Part shown: positions 11,704 to 24,060 of the stretch, in pieces
Position numbering within the stretch: position 1 is the stretch's first letter
Layout: each line of letters opens with the position of its first letter
Assembly: GCA_951406725.2 (NCBI GenBank)
Contig: OX597836.1
Location: 28,148,001-28,212,000, forward strand
Direction of reading: 5' to 3'
DNA length: 64,000 nucleotides
Source: Octopus vulgaris
Taxonomy: Eukaryota
Program-made: the position numbers and the translations under genes
The notes under the pieces: model-generated
Told to the model about the DNA's origin: nothing
Seen by the model: only the letters and a program-made list of their open reading frames with translations
The model's database searches: none

Positions 11704-11933
11704 CTCTAAATGATGTTTGCATGCTAAATCTGAGTGGATGGGAACAAACCAACACCAGGTGTCAAGTGGTGTTTAGGGACTAACGCGTACGCAAGCACAC
11801 ACACACACACACTTGTGTAATTACATATGTTAACATATAGGCACGCATATATAAGTAAAATTTCACATACAGTTATACTCATGCACACAGACACATATAT
11901 AAATACATGAATATAAATAGTTGCATAATAATA

Positions 11934-12499
11934 TTGGGTTGTCCGGAAAGTTCGTGCCGATTTTTAAAGGAAAGAAAATGGTCAATAAATACTTGCCATT
12001 ACATTTTTAATCAACCAAATAGGAACCATTTTGATGCACAATGCGTCTCCATCTTTCCTTTAACTTGAAAATACCCTCTTCCCAGAATTGAGGTGGTTTC
12101 ATGGCAAAGAATTCATCAAGGTATCTTTTTACGTCATCCAAGGAATTGAAATTTTTACCATTAAGACTATTCTGCAGAGACCTGAATAAGTGGAAATCCG
12201 AAGGAGCAATATCTATTGAATATGGAGGGTGGGATAACACATCCCATCCGAGCTGCAACAATTTTTGTCTGGTTCCCAAAGCATCAAGTGCCGAAAATGA
12301 ACTTTCTTATCTTCCATTTTAAAGGGTTACAGAATTAACACAGGTTATAGGAACATAAATCTCCTTCCACGAAAAGATAGCTTAAACTGTGCTCTAAATC
12401 ATGATGTAGTCAAATCCTATTTTATGGACTCAACCATGTTCTAAAATACGTCGAAAGGTAAGCTACTATAAATCGGCACGAACTTTCCGGACAACCCAA
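11934..12499 (-). mobile_element. Internally deleted mariner transposon
   Basis: Perfect 30-bp TIRs TTGGGTTGTCCGGAAAGTTCGTGCCGATTT, TA TSD on both sides; N-terminus MEDKKVHFRHLMLWE (ATG 12317) joined out of frame to C-terminus WDVLSHPPYSIDIAPSDFHLFRSLQNSL. Confidence 0.95.
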
Positions 12500-13401
12500 T
12501 AATTAGTTTCGAATTTTGATACAAAGCCAGCAATTTAGGAAGACGAGGTAAATCATTTACATTGCCCCACTGCTCAACTGGAACTTATTTTATTGAACCC
12601 CAAAGGAAGGAAGACAAAGTCGACGTCGGTGAAATTTGAGCTCAGAACACGAAGACGTCGAAATGTCGCCGAACATTTTGCTCGGCGCGGTAATCATTTT
12701 GCCAGCTTGCCACTTTAGTGACATAGTAATAAGAGCAATTAGTTAAATTGGAAGAAAGTCCACACATAATTTTCTGATTCATTTCAACAATTATTTAATT
12801 TCGATTCCCGGACCGAGATGTGTATTGCATTCTTTACATGTTACTGCAGTTCACTCAGCTGTAGAAATGAGTTACGACGTCACTAGTGCCAAGCTGTATC
12901 GGCCCCTTTGCCTTTCCCTGGGATACCATCGGTGACATGGAGAGAGGAAGCTGGTATGCATGGGTGACTGCTGGTCTCCCATAAACAACTATGTCCGAAC
13001 TTGTGCGACGGAGGGGAACTTTCTTGGTGCAATTCCATGGTCATTCATGACCGAAGTGGGTCCAATTTGTTATCATCAGTATTATGATGTACCACTGTGT
13101 TGATTCCTTGATACATGCCAAGTTAAAGATCTCAACGCTACTCGAGTTTTGTGCCCTGCGATCTTTAGATACTGTCTATACAAATATGTTGAGTATTGTT
13201 AAGGCGGCGAGCTGACAGAATCATTAACATACTGGACAAAATGCTTAGCGGCATTTCACTCGGTTTTATCTTCTGAGCTCAAATTCCGCCGATGTCGACT
13301 TCATCTTTTGGGGTCGATAAAAGGTGTACCAGTTGTGCACAGGAGTCGAGGTAACTAACTCCCCTCTGGTACAAGGCCAGCAATTGGCCTTGTACCAGAA
13401 T

Positions 13402-13670
13402 TTAAGTCAATAGTTTTTCAAGAAAACTTACTGAACATTTTTGTGACCCGTTGATATAACGTCTGGTTTTGAAGAGGATTTTCCATTTGATATCGAAATT
13501 TCTCCCTTTGTCTTTGAGTTTCCAGACAAAAGCCGAAAGGGTCGTTGAATGTCTCTTATCAACAGAGCCTGAATTTCGAAAGGTAGATTTCAATTTTCCT
13601 CCCACGGCTCCGATACAACGTTTGTTTTCTGTCCAACCGTTGCCGTCTTGGTCACTCGTATAGAATTACA
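13402..13670 (-). mobile_element. Penelope-like element GIY-YIG endonuclease remnant
   Basis: STTLSAFVWKLKDK...DIKWKIL...Y...KC...LEK pattern resembling the C-terminal half of invertebrate PLE endonucleases. Confidence 0.65.
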
Positions 13671-14800
13671 TAGCTAACATGTAGAGAATGACATCGCTGT
13701 CCACATATACTGTACTGGACCAATCATCGAGCAAGATTGGGACCAGAAGTGCCCAAAATCTCTGGATTTTCCCGTTTTCTAAAAACAGCCCAAATATACA
13801 CCTAAATTATAAAATAAACAATGAAAATTAAAGAACTAAATTGTATTAAACAGATTCAAATTCATACACTTCTAAAGCAAGGTCTGTTTGATATTTGTTA
13901 ATCCTCTTAAAACTTTTAAAATGTATCATACTGTATCATACAGTACAATGTTTATAGGATGAAAATTAGATGAAGAAAATAAATAACATGATTTTTATAA
14001 CAAATATGAAGTATGTTTAAACTTTATCAATCCACTTAGAAAAGTAAAGGACAAAACTATCTTTAATACACTGTATGCAAATTAACCAACTTCAAAAACA
14101 GGGTCTGTTTACTCAATACGGAGATGAGACCCTATACTGCATGATTTTGCGCGGTATTCCCGAATAATAGATCCGTAACTGCATGTTGGAAACTGCAAGT
14201 GTTAAACCTGTACGAGTAAGGGAAGTCTAGGTCTATTAGTTTTATAGGAGTCGGACATTTTGGTGAAGCGAAGAAACAAAGGAACCGACTCCATCACCAA
14301 ATAATTATTTGAGTATTTTTTACTTGAACGACATTGAGTTAACTAACCATTAGTTAATCGACTCCTGAAACGTGGAACGCAAAATGAACATCGACAAGAT
14401 TTAAACTCAGAGCATAAATGAACGAAACCAAAAACAAAATATGTCAACGGTGGGAAAACAAAATATTGGTAAAAATTAAGAAATAAACCATTAAACTTTG
14501 CTCCCCGATTAATCGTTCTTATCCACTCTCATCTCGGCCAGCTCTTTCCGCAAATAAATCATAATGGATATCAAGCAGGACCAATAAAGATTTTGTTGGC
14601 TTCGATCTGGCCATAATCCTTTAAACCAGAGGTTCTCAACCAGAGTCCATACGGCCCCTGAGGGTCTATAACAAGATTTTTGAAGGTCCGTGCAACAAAA
14701 TAATAAGTTAGGGGGTCCACAATAACATTTTATGGGTCCCTGAAAAGATTTTGCCTTAGATGTATGTATTGCTATGCATTGCAAGAAACGACTTTCTTTC

Positions 14801-16043
14801 GGTGCTTGTATAGTATGCGGTCTATCACGGTTTCAAACAGGGTTGTCTACGCTATCTTTCAGATATTTCAGAGATTAAAAAACTTCAGATATTTCAGAGA
14901 TCGTTTATTTTTTTGTTTTTTCAGAATCAGAGTTTTAGCATCTAACCATGATCACTCAATGGCATGAGTGTATGCTCCGGTCACTGAACCCACATAATGT
15001 CGTTGATGGTTCACTGTCAGATGGTGGTAACCTGTGGCATTTAGGTTATTATAAGCGGGCCACTCATCTGAATGAATTCTCTTTACTCTTTTACTTGTTC
15101 CAGTCATTTGACTGCAGCCATGCTGGAGCACCGCCTTTAGTCCAGCAACTCGATCCCGGGACTTATTCTTTTGTAAGCCCAGTACTTATTCTATCGGTCT
15201 CTTTTGCCGAACCGCTAAGTAACGGGGACATAAACACACCAGCATCGGTTGTCAAGCAATGCTAGGGGGACAAACACACACACGCATATATATATATATA
15301 TACATATATACGACGGGCTTCTTTCAGTCTCCGTCTACCAAATCCACTCACAAGGCTTTGGTCGGCCCGAGGTTATAGTAGAAGACACTTGCCCAAGGTG
15401 CCACGCAGTGGGACTGAACCCGGAACCGTGTGGTTGGTAAACAAGCTACATACCACACAGCCACTCCTGCGAACCTTTTTCACATTCTCTTTCAATAATT
15501 GGGATCAGACTATTCCCGTCACGCCGTTCCACACACAAGTATCGACAGCCTGAGCCTTGTTTGAGACCAAAAACCCACGGCCCATCAATTCTACGTCCAT
15601 GGTATCTGTTTTGTTTCGTTGTTCTGCATCACTGTCTTCGAAGAGAGGGGCGTTGTCACCATTCAGCACTCTTCCTCAATTGTATTTTTGTCAAACAGCA
15701 AACCTTGTTTCGTTGATTTGATTGGGGTTATCGTCTGTTCCAACCATCTTCCCTCGTCGTTCATGATAAACTATGGCACCACACACCTCGCGGCACATAT
15801 CATACCAGTCAGTTATTGTATTTTTAAATTTTCCTGATAGAGTTACTACTGCGATCATGGGTCTATCCATGATAAAGAGAAATATTAGTTCTAAAATTTC
15901 TCTGAAGCTCAGCTTGCAGCTTAATTTGTTGTTAGTGTCCGTATAATGGGAAAATTGGATTCCTTTATTAACTGATCGTTTAAGGTAGATAACCCTGGCA
16001 ATACTGTTTGACAACGTGGTAGATCGCATACTATACTAGCGCC
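14801..16043 (-). mobile_element. Merlin (IS1016/IS1595-like, ISXO2-type DDE) DNA transposon, decayed
   Basis: About 29-bp TIRs starting GG (GGTGCTTGTATAGTATGCGGTCTATCACG vs GGCGCTAGTATAGTATGCGATCTACCACG); 8-bp TSD TTTCTTTC / TGTCTTTC; motifs TDWYDMCREVC, QINETRF, GPWVFGL, IHSDEWPAYNNL, HLTVNH, TGAYTHAIE. Confidence 0.9.
15079..15471 (-). mobile_element. SINE family A inserted in the Merlin transposase
   Basis: Full head to tail; interrupts the frame between ECEKGS and IHSDEW. Confidence 0.9.
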
Positions 16044-16415
16044 TGTCTTTCTCTAACATTTTACATAGTCCAACCTACACAAGTTAATGTGAGAAAAAAA
16101 ATTAAGAATTTTGAAAGAAGTTTCTATAAAATTAGTTTTAAACATAAAATGGGGGGCCACCAGAATAAAATAGAAATCAAAGGGGGTCCATAGATAAAAA
16201 ATGGTTGAGAACTCCCCCTTTAAACTATATTCTGCTCCCCACTTGTGGTTAATCTCAGGGGAAGTAACTGAGAAATGTTTTTAAATATTCTTTTCTACTC
16301 TAGGCAAAAAGGCCCGAAATTTGGGGGTCAGGCGTCAGTTGATTAGATCGACTCTAGAATGCAACTGGTACTTAATTTATCGACCCCGAATATATATATA
16401 TTTAAATATTCGTGC

Positions 16416-16498
<83 letters not shown>

Positions 16499-16564
16499 TA
16501 TATACATATATATATATACATATATATACAAAAAGAGTAAAGAGTATATATATATATATATATA

Positions 16565-16958
16565 TACTCTTTACTCTTTTACTTGTTTCAGTCATTTGAC
16601 TGCGGCCATGCTGGAGCACCGCCTTTAATCGAGCAACTCGGCCCCGGGACTTATTCTTTTGTAAGCCCAGTACTTATTCTATCGGTCTCTTTTGCCGAAC
16701 CGCTAAGTAACGGGGACATAAACACACCAGCATCGGTTGTCAAGCAATGCTAGGGGGACAAACACAGACACACAAACGCATATATATATACATATATACG
16801 ACGGGCTTCTTTCAGTTTCCGTCTACTAAATCTACTCACAAGGCTTTGGTCGACCCGAGGCTATAGCAGAAGACACTTGCCCAAGGTGCCACGCAGTGGG
16901 ACTGAACCCGGAACCATGTGGTTGGTAAACAAGCTACTTACCACACAGCCACTCCTGT
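16565..16958 (-). mobile_element. SINE family A
   Basis: Near-consensus copy with CpGs intact. Confidence 0.88.
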
Positions 16959-17235
16959 GTATATATATAAAGCAATCAATCAAATATGTATACTGGGACC
17001 CGTCAACAGGAGAAGCGAAAGGAAGTTCTTTTCATATACTAGCGTGATGTAAACTGATTCTGTTGTTATGTCAAAATGAACGAGAGATAAAGAAAGGGGG
17101 AAAGAGAGAGTGAGTAGGTGGAATGCGAGTGTCATCTGCCATAGTAGACACCCCATACATGACCACCACTCCACCAACACAACCACCATCTGTAGCCACT
17201 ACATCACCGTGTTGTTCAATATAACTATTTTGTTA

Positions 17236-17470
17236 GGCGGCGAGCTGGCAGAATCGTTAGCACGCCGGGCGAAATGCTTAGTGGTATTTCGTCTGCCGTT
17301 ACGTTCTGAGTTCAAATTCCGCCGAGGTCGACTTTGCCTTTCATCCTTTCAGGGTCGATTGAATAAGTACCAGTTACGCACTGGAGTCGATATAATCGAC
17401 TTAATCCGTTTGTCTGTCCTTGTTTGTCCTCTCTGTGTTTAGCCCCTTGTAGGTAGTAAAGAAATAGGTA
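17236..17470 (+). mobile_element. SINE family B, near consensus
   Basis: GGCGGCGAGCTGGCAGAATCGTTAGCACGCCGGGCGAAATG head, CpG-rich. Confidence 0.88.
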
Positions 17471-19899
17471 TTTGTCCCTTCATTCCCTGCCGTGTTCATA
17501 ATCATCCCCAAACTCATTAAAATTCCAAGTCACAGACTATTTTAATTCTACCAAACTTATTTACCATAACCTCTAAACTCAGAAAAATCTCTCTTTGTTC
17601 TTATTAAATCGTGGTGCTGTTGTTCAATGCCTAGCTGGAGCAACCAGTTAATGTAAATTAATGACTAAAAAATGAAGTTGACATTCTTGTCCTTCGGGAA
17701 ACCCCTTCAAAAAAATCTTTTATCGTTTGTTTCAGCCATGAGACTGCAGCCATGCTGGGGCACCGCCTTGAAGAATTTTTAGTGGAATGTATTGACCCCA
17801 ATACTTATTTTGTAAAAGCTTGGTACTTATTCTATCAGTCTCTTTTACCGAACCACCAAGTTACAGGGACGTAAACACACCAGCACCGGTTGTCAAGCAG
17901 TGGGGGGACACTAACACAGACACAAAGTCACACACGCATAGATATATATGCACATATATACGACGGGCTTCTATCAGTTTCCGTCTACCAAATCCACTTA
18001 CTTGGCTTTGGTAGGCATGAGGCTGTAGTAGAAGACACAAGGTGCCACGCAGTGGGACTGAACCCCAAACCATGTTGTTAGGAAGTAAACCTCTTACCAC
18101 ACAGCCACGCCTACGCCTAAAATACTCGGTACCTCTTGCTTTGATTTCCTCCAGATGTACAGTCCCCAATTATACTCTTGAAGCCAGACAAAAGGACAAA
18201 AAATACAGCACAATGAAAAGGACTTTAGCCTGATGACAGTTACAGAATTCGCCATGATAGAAGCGGTGGGTGTGAGATAATACAATAGGAAATGTTCATA
18301 AATCTTTCCTCTAGAAACAGTTAAACACCTGCCTGCAATTTTTCCAGTATCCAATAACAGCTGGAAACTTCCATGGCCACCAAAATGACAACGACTACAA
18401 CAGAAAAAGGCCTCCGGGGAAACAATCAGAACCTGAGCTAATGTTCACCTGGTTCCATTTTTACCTGAGTTCATCACTACCTGGGTTTAATCATTACTTG
18501 TGCCCAATTTAAATCATCTACCAGCCACCGAACCTCAATATACAAATCAAGTAAAAAGGAACTTTCTCCTCAGCAAGGTAACAACATGAATCCACTACTG
18601 ATCTTGATTTCTTAAGAAAACATGAAAACCAGAACCGTCTTCCAGGAGAAAGTCCTGAATGACTTTGTAAGAGTTAGCACTTCCTTCTCTAAGCTTGGAT
18701 TCGAAATCGAATCCAAGAATCATCGGTCGTCAAATACCAATGCATGTATAGGCGCGAAATTAAGAATCCCTTTGTTCTGTCAAAAAGTGATTGATCATCT
18801 CCCTTTGACCTACGACCTGAGCCATGTCGGTCAACTGGACAAACGATGACCTACTTAAGTAGTAACTCTGTTGCAGTATAGCTATCTTTCTAGCTGTTTG
18901 AGATATTATAAATACAAAGGGAAAAACAGAGAAACACACAATCGGAGCTGACACAGCAGCAGACATCCCGCGTTTTGGAGACGACTAGAGAAATGCCTAC
19001 AGGTTACTGTTCTGAATGATTCACGCACATACCCACACACACACAAACATATTCATCTTTAATATGTGTTCTGTACAAGCAATGCGTAGCATTTGCTTAC
19101 ATTTTTATGTAGTGGACTTATAACCCATGTAAATAAATCCCTGTTTAATCATGAAACAGTTTATGTATTTATTTACGCACACACACATCCACTACAACTT
19201 CACAAATAGTTCACTGCAGTCAACCTAGTCAACTGTCAACCTAAATCGCTACTGCACTATCTTTTCGAACCACTGGAGCGAATCATGCTCAAACGACTAA
19301 CACACCAATTTCCGAAGCGGTCATACTCACTGAACATGTCGGTTTTAGATCAATGCGGAATACATTAAAACGTTTGCTGTCGTTCATGTGTTAAGTGAAA
19401 ATATGAGTAAAAACAGTAAACAGATCCCGTCTTTGTAGACCTGTCAACAGACCACAATTCTGTTTAGTACGGGGGCCTAAAAGTGAAATTTACCAAAATC
19501 ATTAATGGATCGAACGTTATGAGAACAAAGTGCTCTTAAAGGAGAAACTTTTCTCCTGTGACCAACACAACAGCGATTCGCATATTTGCGTTTGATTGTA
19601 CCAGAACGTATTAAGAATAACGATACAATTCACCGTTTCGAGTCACGCTGTTCGCCATGCGTATGACGAATTATTATTATCGGTTGGCAGATAACAGCGT
19701 GGATCAGTGAACTGTTTGTTCACTGAAATTATAAACAAGGCTATCGGCTCTTGCTTAGATTAATAGGTCCGAACACTTCTGGTAAACGATGCACACCATG
19801 TCGAAACATTGGTGTTCTAGAATCCTATGTACTAATGAATCGAATGTGTTATGTGTACATGGATGTAGTAAAGGAGTTGTTCACTTCTGACCAACAGAG

Positions 19900-20355
19900 C
19901 AGCGAGAGCTGGCAGAATCGTTAGCACGTCGGGCGAAATGCTTAGCGGTATTTCGGCTGCCGTAACGTTGTGAGTTCAAATTCCGCCGAGGTCGACTTTC
20001 ATCCTTTCGGGGTCGATAAATTAAGTATCAGTTACGCACTGGGGTCGATGTAATCGACTTAATACCTATGTTTGTCCCCTCTATGTTTAGCCCCTTGTGG
20101 GTAATAAAGAAATAGGTATATTTGCGTTCAAATCTGAAAGAATTAGTTTCAAATTTTGGCACAAGGCCAGCAATTTTTAGGGAAGGAGTAAGTTCATTAC
20201 ATCGATCCCAGTGTTAAACTGGTAATTTTATCGACCCCGAAGGGAGGAAACGCAAAGTCGACCTCGTCGGAATTTGAACTCAAAACGTAAATGCGGACGA
20301 AATACCGCTTAGCATTTTACCCGGCGTGCTAACGATTCTACCAGCTCTTTGCCTT
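19900..20355. mobile_element. Tail-to-tail pair of SINE family B copies (+ about 19900-20118, - about 20145-20355)
   Basis: Shared head and central domain in opposite orientations. Confidence 0.82.
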
Positions 20356-20369
20356 AACTTTCAGAGATT

Positions 20370-20642
20370 GTTTGTTCCTTCTCAAGCCATGCCTGGCTCA
20401 TAGGGCCGTTTCCCGGTTTCCTTGGTGTATAGGTTCCCCAACTGGACGGGACGCAGGAGGAAAGAGTGAAAGAAAGTTGTGGCGAAAGAGTCAGCAGAAG
20501 TTCGCCATTGCCTTCTGCCGGAGCCGCGTGGAGCTTAGGTGTTTTCGCTCATAAACACACACATCTCCCGGTTTGAGATTCGAACCCGCGATCCCTCGAC
20601 TGCGAGTTCGCTGCTCTAACCACTAGGCCATGTACCTCCACA
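20370..20642 (-). mobile_element. SINE family D (tRNA head TGGCCTAGTGGTTAG...GGGTTCGAATC)
   Basis: Clear A and B boxes on the minus strand; related copies near 29555-29914, 36800-37073 and 45858-46158. Confidence 0.8.
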
Positions 20643-21533
20643 ACTTTCAGAGATACTGGTTTCAAATTCTAGCACAAAGCTAGCAATTTTTAGGGAAAGG
20701 GTAAGTCAATTACATCGATCCCAAGCGTTCAGCTGGTACTCATGTTATCGACCCCGAAAGGATGAAAGGCAAAGTTGACCTCGGCGGCATTTGAACTCAA
20801 AACGTTCGGCCCAACCACTTTAAATGGAGCATACAATATTGTAAATAATATATAATTATAGTTATTATTAAAAAGGATCTCTGTGTGTCGCTCTTCTCCG
20901 TAATTGACAACCTTCGGGTTTGTTTGCAAATTTATAAATATATACCCTAGACTAAAATTAAAATTGCGGGAAATTGGTGGGTGGGCTATATGGGTGAATT
21001 AGGTGCGTACGGAGCCAATAAAGCATTGATGTCGTGTTCAATTCCCAGTGGTTAGGCCCATCTTTTTCGGTCAGTTGTTTAGGTTTAGTCGCTTTAAATG
21101 GAGAATATATTATTGTAAATAATATACGTGTGTGTGTGTGTGTGTGTATACATCCTTTCCTTAAATAAATATATCATAACGTGTTCTCGAATTTTGTTCC
21201 TGCCTGCAATACACTCAACCGGCCTAATCCATGATAATCTTACACCAGCGTTGGATTAACCACTAAGCAAAATAAGCACCTGCGTAGGACATCAGAGGAA
21301 AGAAGCGACACAGAAATGGTAAGTGGTTTACGGCACAAAAGAAATCATTTTAAACTTGCTAAAATAATGTTTGAAGTGGTTCATATGATTGGAAATATAG
21401 TTTCGAAGCGTTAATGGTGTCAAAGTAAGGATCTGGTCAATGGCTTTGCAATTAGCAAAAGGTAGAAAACTTTTCAAATATAAAATGAAAGTCTACAAAA
21501 GTAAACATTTTCCATCTTAACATTAGTTTTGGT

Positions 21534-21955
21534 GGATCTTTTCGGTTTGAACGGCAGTTTTTTCTAGCGGTGTCATATGAAATTGTCACCCATAATTATG
21601 ACGCTAGTATCGATCTATTGCATTTCTATCTGTTTTAGGGTTACGGTTAGTGGTGGAGGAAGGGTATCTTTTTTTCTTCACAAATGTAAATAAACCCAAT
21701 CTATTTCTTAAACGAGGGACATATTCATACGGCACAGAATGTTGTTTTTTTTTACATCAGTAGACGTCAGTGATTGGTTGAAATTGCAGAAATTGAAGAA
21801 AAAAACCAACAAATATCATACAAACTATAGAATTTTCTCAATAAAGCCAAGAGAAAAAGATGTTTTATAAACACATTCTACCAGTATACGAAGTTTAAAA
21901 CTTTTTAGTTACCTAGAAATGATGTTAAAAACTGCCGTTCAAACCGAAAAGTTCC
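21534..21955. mobile_element. TIR MITE, copy 1
   Basis: About 29-bp TIRs GGATCTTTTCGGTTTGAACGGCAGTTTTT; internal TTAGGG-like patch. Confidence 0.85.
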
Positions 21956-21981
21956 TTTTAATGTTCCTGCAAGAAATTAAT

Positions 21982-22362
21982 GATCTTTTCGGTTTGAACG
22001 GCAGTTTTTTCTAGCTGTGTTATATGAAATTGTCACCCATAATTATGACCCTAGAATCGATCTATTGCATTTCAATCTATTTCAGGGCTAGGGTTAGGAT
22101 TAGGGGTGGGGGAAGGGTATCTTTTTTTCTTCATAAATGTAAATAAACCCAATCTGTTTCTTAAACGAGGGACATATTCATACGACACAGAATGCTTTTT
22201 AACTCAAAAGACATCACAAATATCTTACAAACTATAGAATTTTCTCAATAAAGCCAAGAGAAAAAATGTTTTATAAACCCATTCTACCAGTATACAAAGT
22301 TTAAAACTTTTTAGTTACCTAGAAATGATGTTAAAAACTGCCGTTCAAACCGAAAAGATCCC
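21982..22362. mobile_element. TIR MITE, copy 2 (same orientation, internal deletion)
   Basis: Same TIRs and body as 21534-21955. Confidence 0.85.
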
Positions 22363-22470
22363 ATTAAAATTTTCCAATAGAAATCAAATAAGGCTTTATT
22401 AAACCAGATAAGAACGACGCCGGGTCGTTTATCAAAAAACGGTTTGCCTTGTGCAACGCCGGGTATTCTG

Positions 22471-22506
<36 letters not shown>

Positions 22507-22858
22507 TCGGAATTGTCTACGTTTGAGAACACACTTGTAAACTGGCGAACTGTAATTCCCCACGTGTGTGTGCGTGCGTGTGTGAACCTAAAAGTGTGCG
22601 CGATAACAAGTTGGTGACGAGGATAACAAAAAGGGGGGAAAAAAAACACAAATCCAAAACAGCCTTCATACGCATGCGTCAGACTTGTTCTGCTGTATGT
22701 TTACACCTGCTGTCCTGTAGTTTTAATGAAAGAGAAAAATAAACCAAGAGAAAATATAGACCAGACGAGTAGACAGGTGTGTGTGTGTGTATCTCTATAT
22801 TTATATGTATGTGTATATGTATGTTACATACATATATATATATATGTGTGTATGTATG

Positions 22859-22903
<45 letters not shown>

Positions 22904-23017
22904 ATGTATGTATATAAATATATATATATATATGTATGTATGTATATTTATATACATACATACATACATGTATGTATGTATATAAATATATATATATGTG
23001 TGTATGTATGTATATAA

Positions 23018-23049
<32 letters not shown>

Positions 23050-23399
23050 ATTTATATACATACATACATGTATGTATGTATATAAATATATATATATGTA
23101 TGTGTGTATGTATGTATGTATATAAATATATATATATATGTATATGTATGTATAAGTATATAAGTATGTATATATGAAGGTAGAGAGAGAGAGAGTGTGT
23201 GGGAACCAAGGGAGATGTAACGTACAGGTAATAAAAACAATGCGAAGGGCGTTGTGTTCATAAGTGTGTGCGTGTGTATTTGTGTTTGTCTAAGTGTGTT
23301 TGTGCGCGCGTGCATGTGAGAAGAGAGAGAAAGCATGTATGTGAGAGAGGGAGAGAGAAAAAGTCTATATGCGTAAGAGAGATATAGTGTTTGTTTGTG

Positions 23400-23896
23400 T
23401 ATGTGAGAGAGAGAGGGGGAGAAAAGAGCAAGCGAGAAGGGAAGAAAGACACACAGAGAGAAGGGAAGAGAGACACAGAGATAGAGGGGGAAAGAGCAAG
23501 CGAGAAGGGAAGAGAGACACAGAGATAGAGGGGGAAAGAGCAAGCGAGAAGGGAAGAGAGACAGAGAGAGAGGGGGGAAAGAGCAAGCGAGAAGGGAAGA
23601 GAGAAACAGAGAGAGAGAGGGGGGAAAGAGCAAGCGAGAAGGGAAGAGAGACAGAGAGAGAGGGGGAAAGAGCAAACGAGAAGGGAAGAGAGAAACAGAG
23701 AGAGAGTGGGGGGAAGAGCAAGCGAGAAGGGAAGAGAGACAGAGAGAGAGTGGGGGAAAGAGCAAGCGAGAAGGGAAGAGAGAAACAGAGAGAGAGTGGG
23801 GGGAAGAGCAAGCGAGAAGGGAAGAGAGACAGAGAGAGAGTGGGGAAGAGCAAGCGAGAAGGGAAGAAAGACAGGGAGAGAGAGAGATAGAGAGAA
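23400..23896. repeat. GA-rich minisatellite, about 10 units of 42-47 bp (core AGAGCAAGCGAGAAGGGAAGA)
   Basis: Direct reading; almost pure purine strand. Confidence 0.9.
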
Positions 23897-24060
23897 AGCA
23901 AGCCATAAGCCACCTAGACGGAAGTGGATCGCAAGCAAATGGGGGAGAATGGGACGAAGGAAGGGGGTGTCTCAGGTGCAACATCGACTTCAGGTAAAGA
24001 CAAAAGTTGAGCGTCTTTTCTTTCTTTCACGACGGTGATAAACCGCCGTTGCAAGAGCGA
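23897..24060 (+). promoter_or_regulatory. Candidate promoter and first exon
   Basis: Unique CpG-containing island, ETS-type CGGAAGTG at 23919-23926, donor CAG|GTAAAG at 23993/23994, CpG-depleted repeats begin just downstream. Confidence 0.45.

Larger units (their letters stand above)
14627..16217. mobile_element. hAT MITE (same family as 11410-11703, inverted), split by a Merlin insertion
   Basis: TIRs CAGAGGTTCTCAACC / GGTTGAGAACTCCCC; perfect 8-bp TSD CTTTAAAC at 14619-14626 and 16218-16225. Confidence 0.9.

Noticed and set aside
15249-15440. Recurrent ORF ...[42 protein letters not shown] as a multigene family
   Set aside because: Antisense reading of SINE family A; frame varies with the internal (TA)n length
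18150-18970. Possible decayed DIRS tyrosine-recombinase or other coding remnant
   Set aside because: Only vague similarity by eye with many stops; needs a profile search
19255-19365. Short RT-like fragment (LERIMLKRL...EHVGFR)
   Set aside because: Too short and frameshifted to classify
20565-20642. tRNA gene on the minus strand
   Set aside because: tRNA-derived SINE head continuing into a repeat body; no complete acceptor stem or T-run terminator
23052-23984. 310-aa Leu/Ser-rich ORF and overlapping frames
   Set aside because: Translation of the GA minisatellite; no protein-like composition
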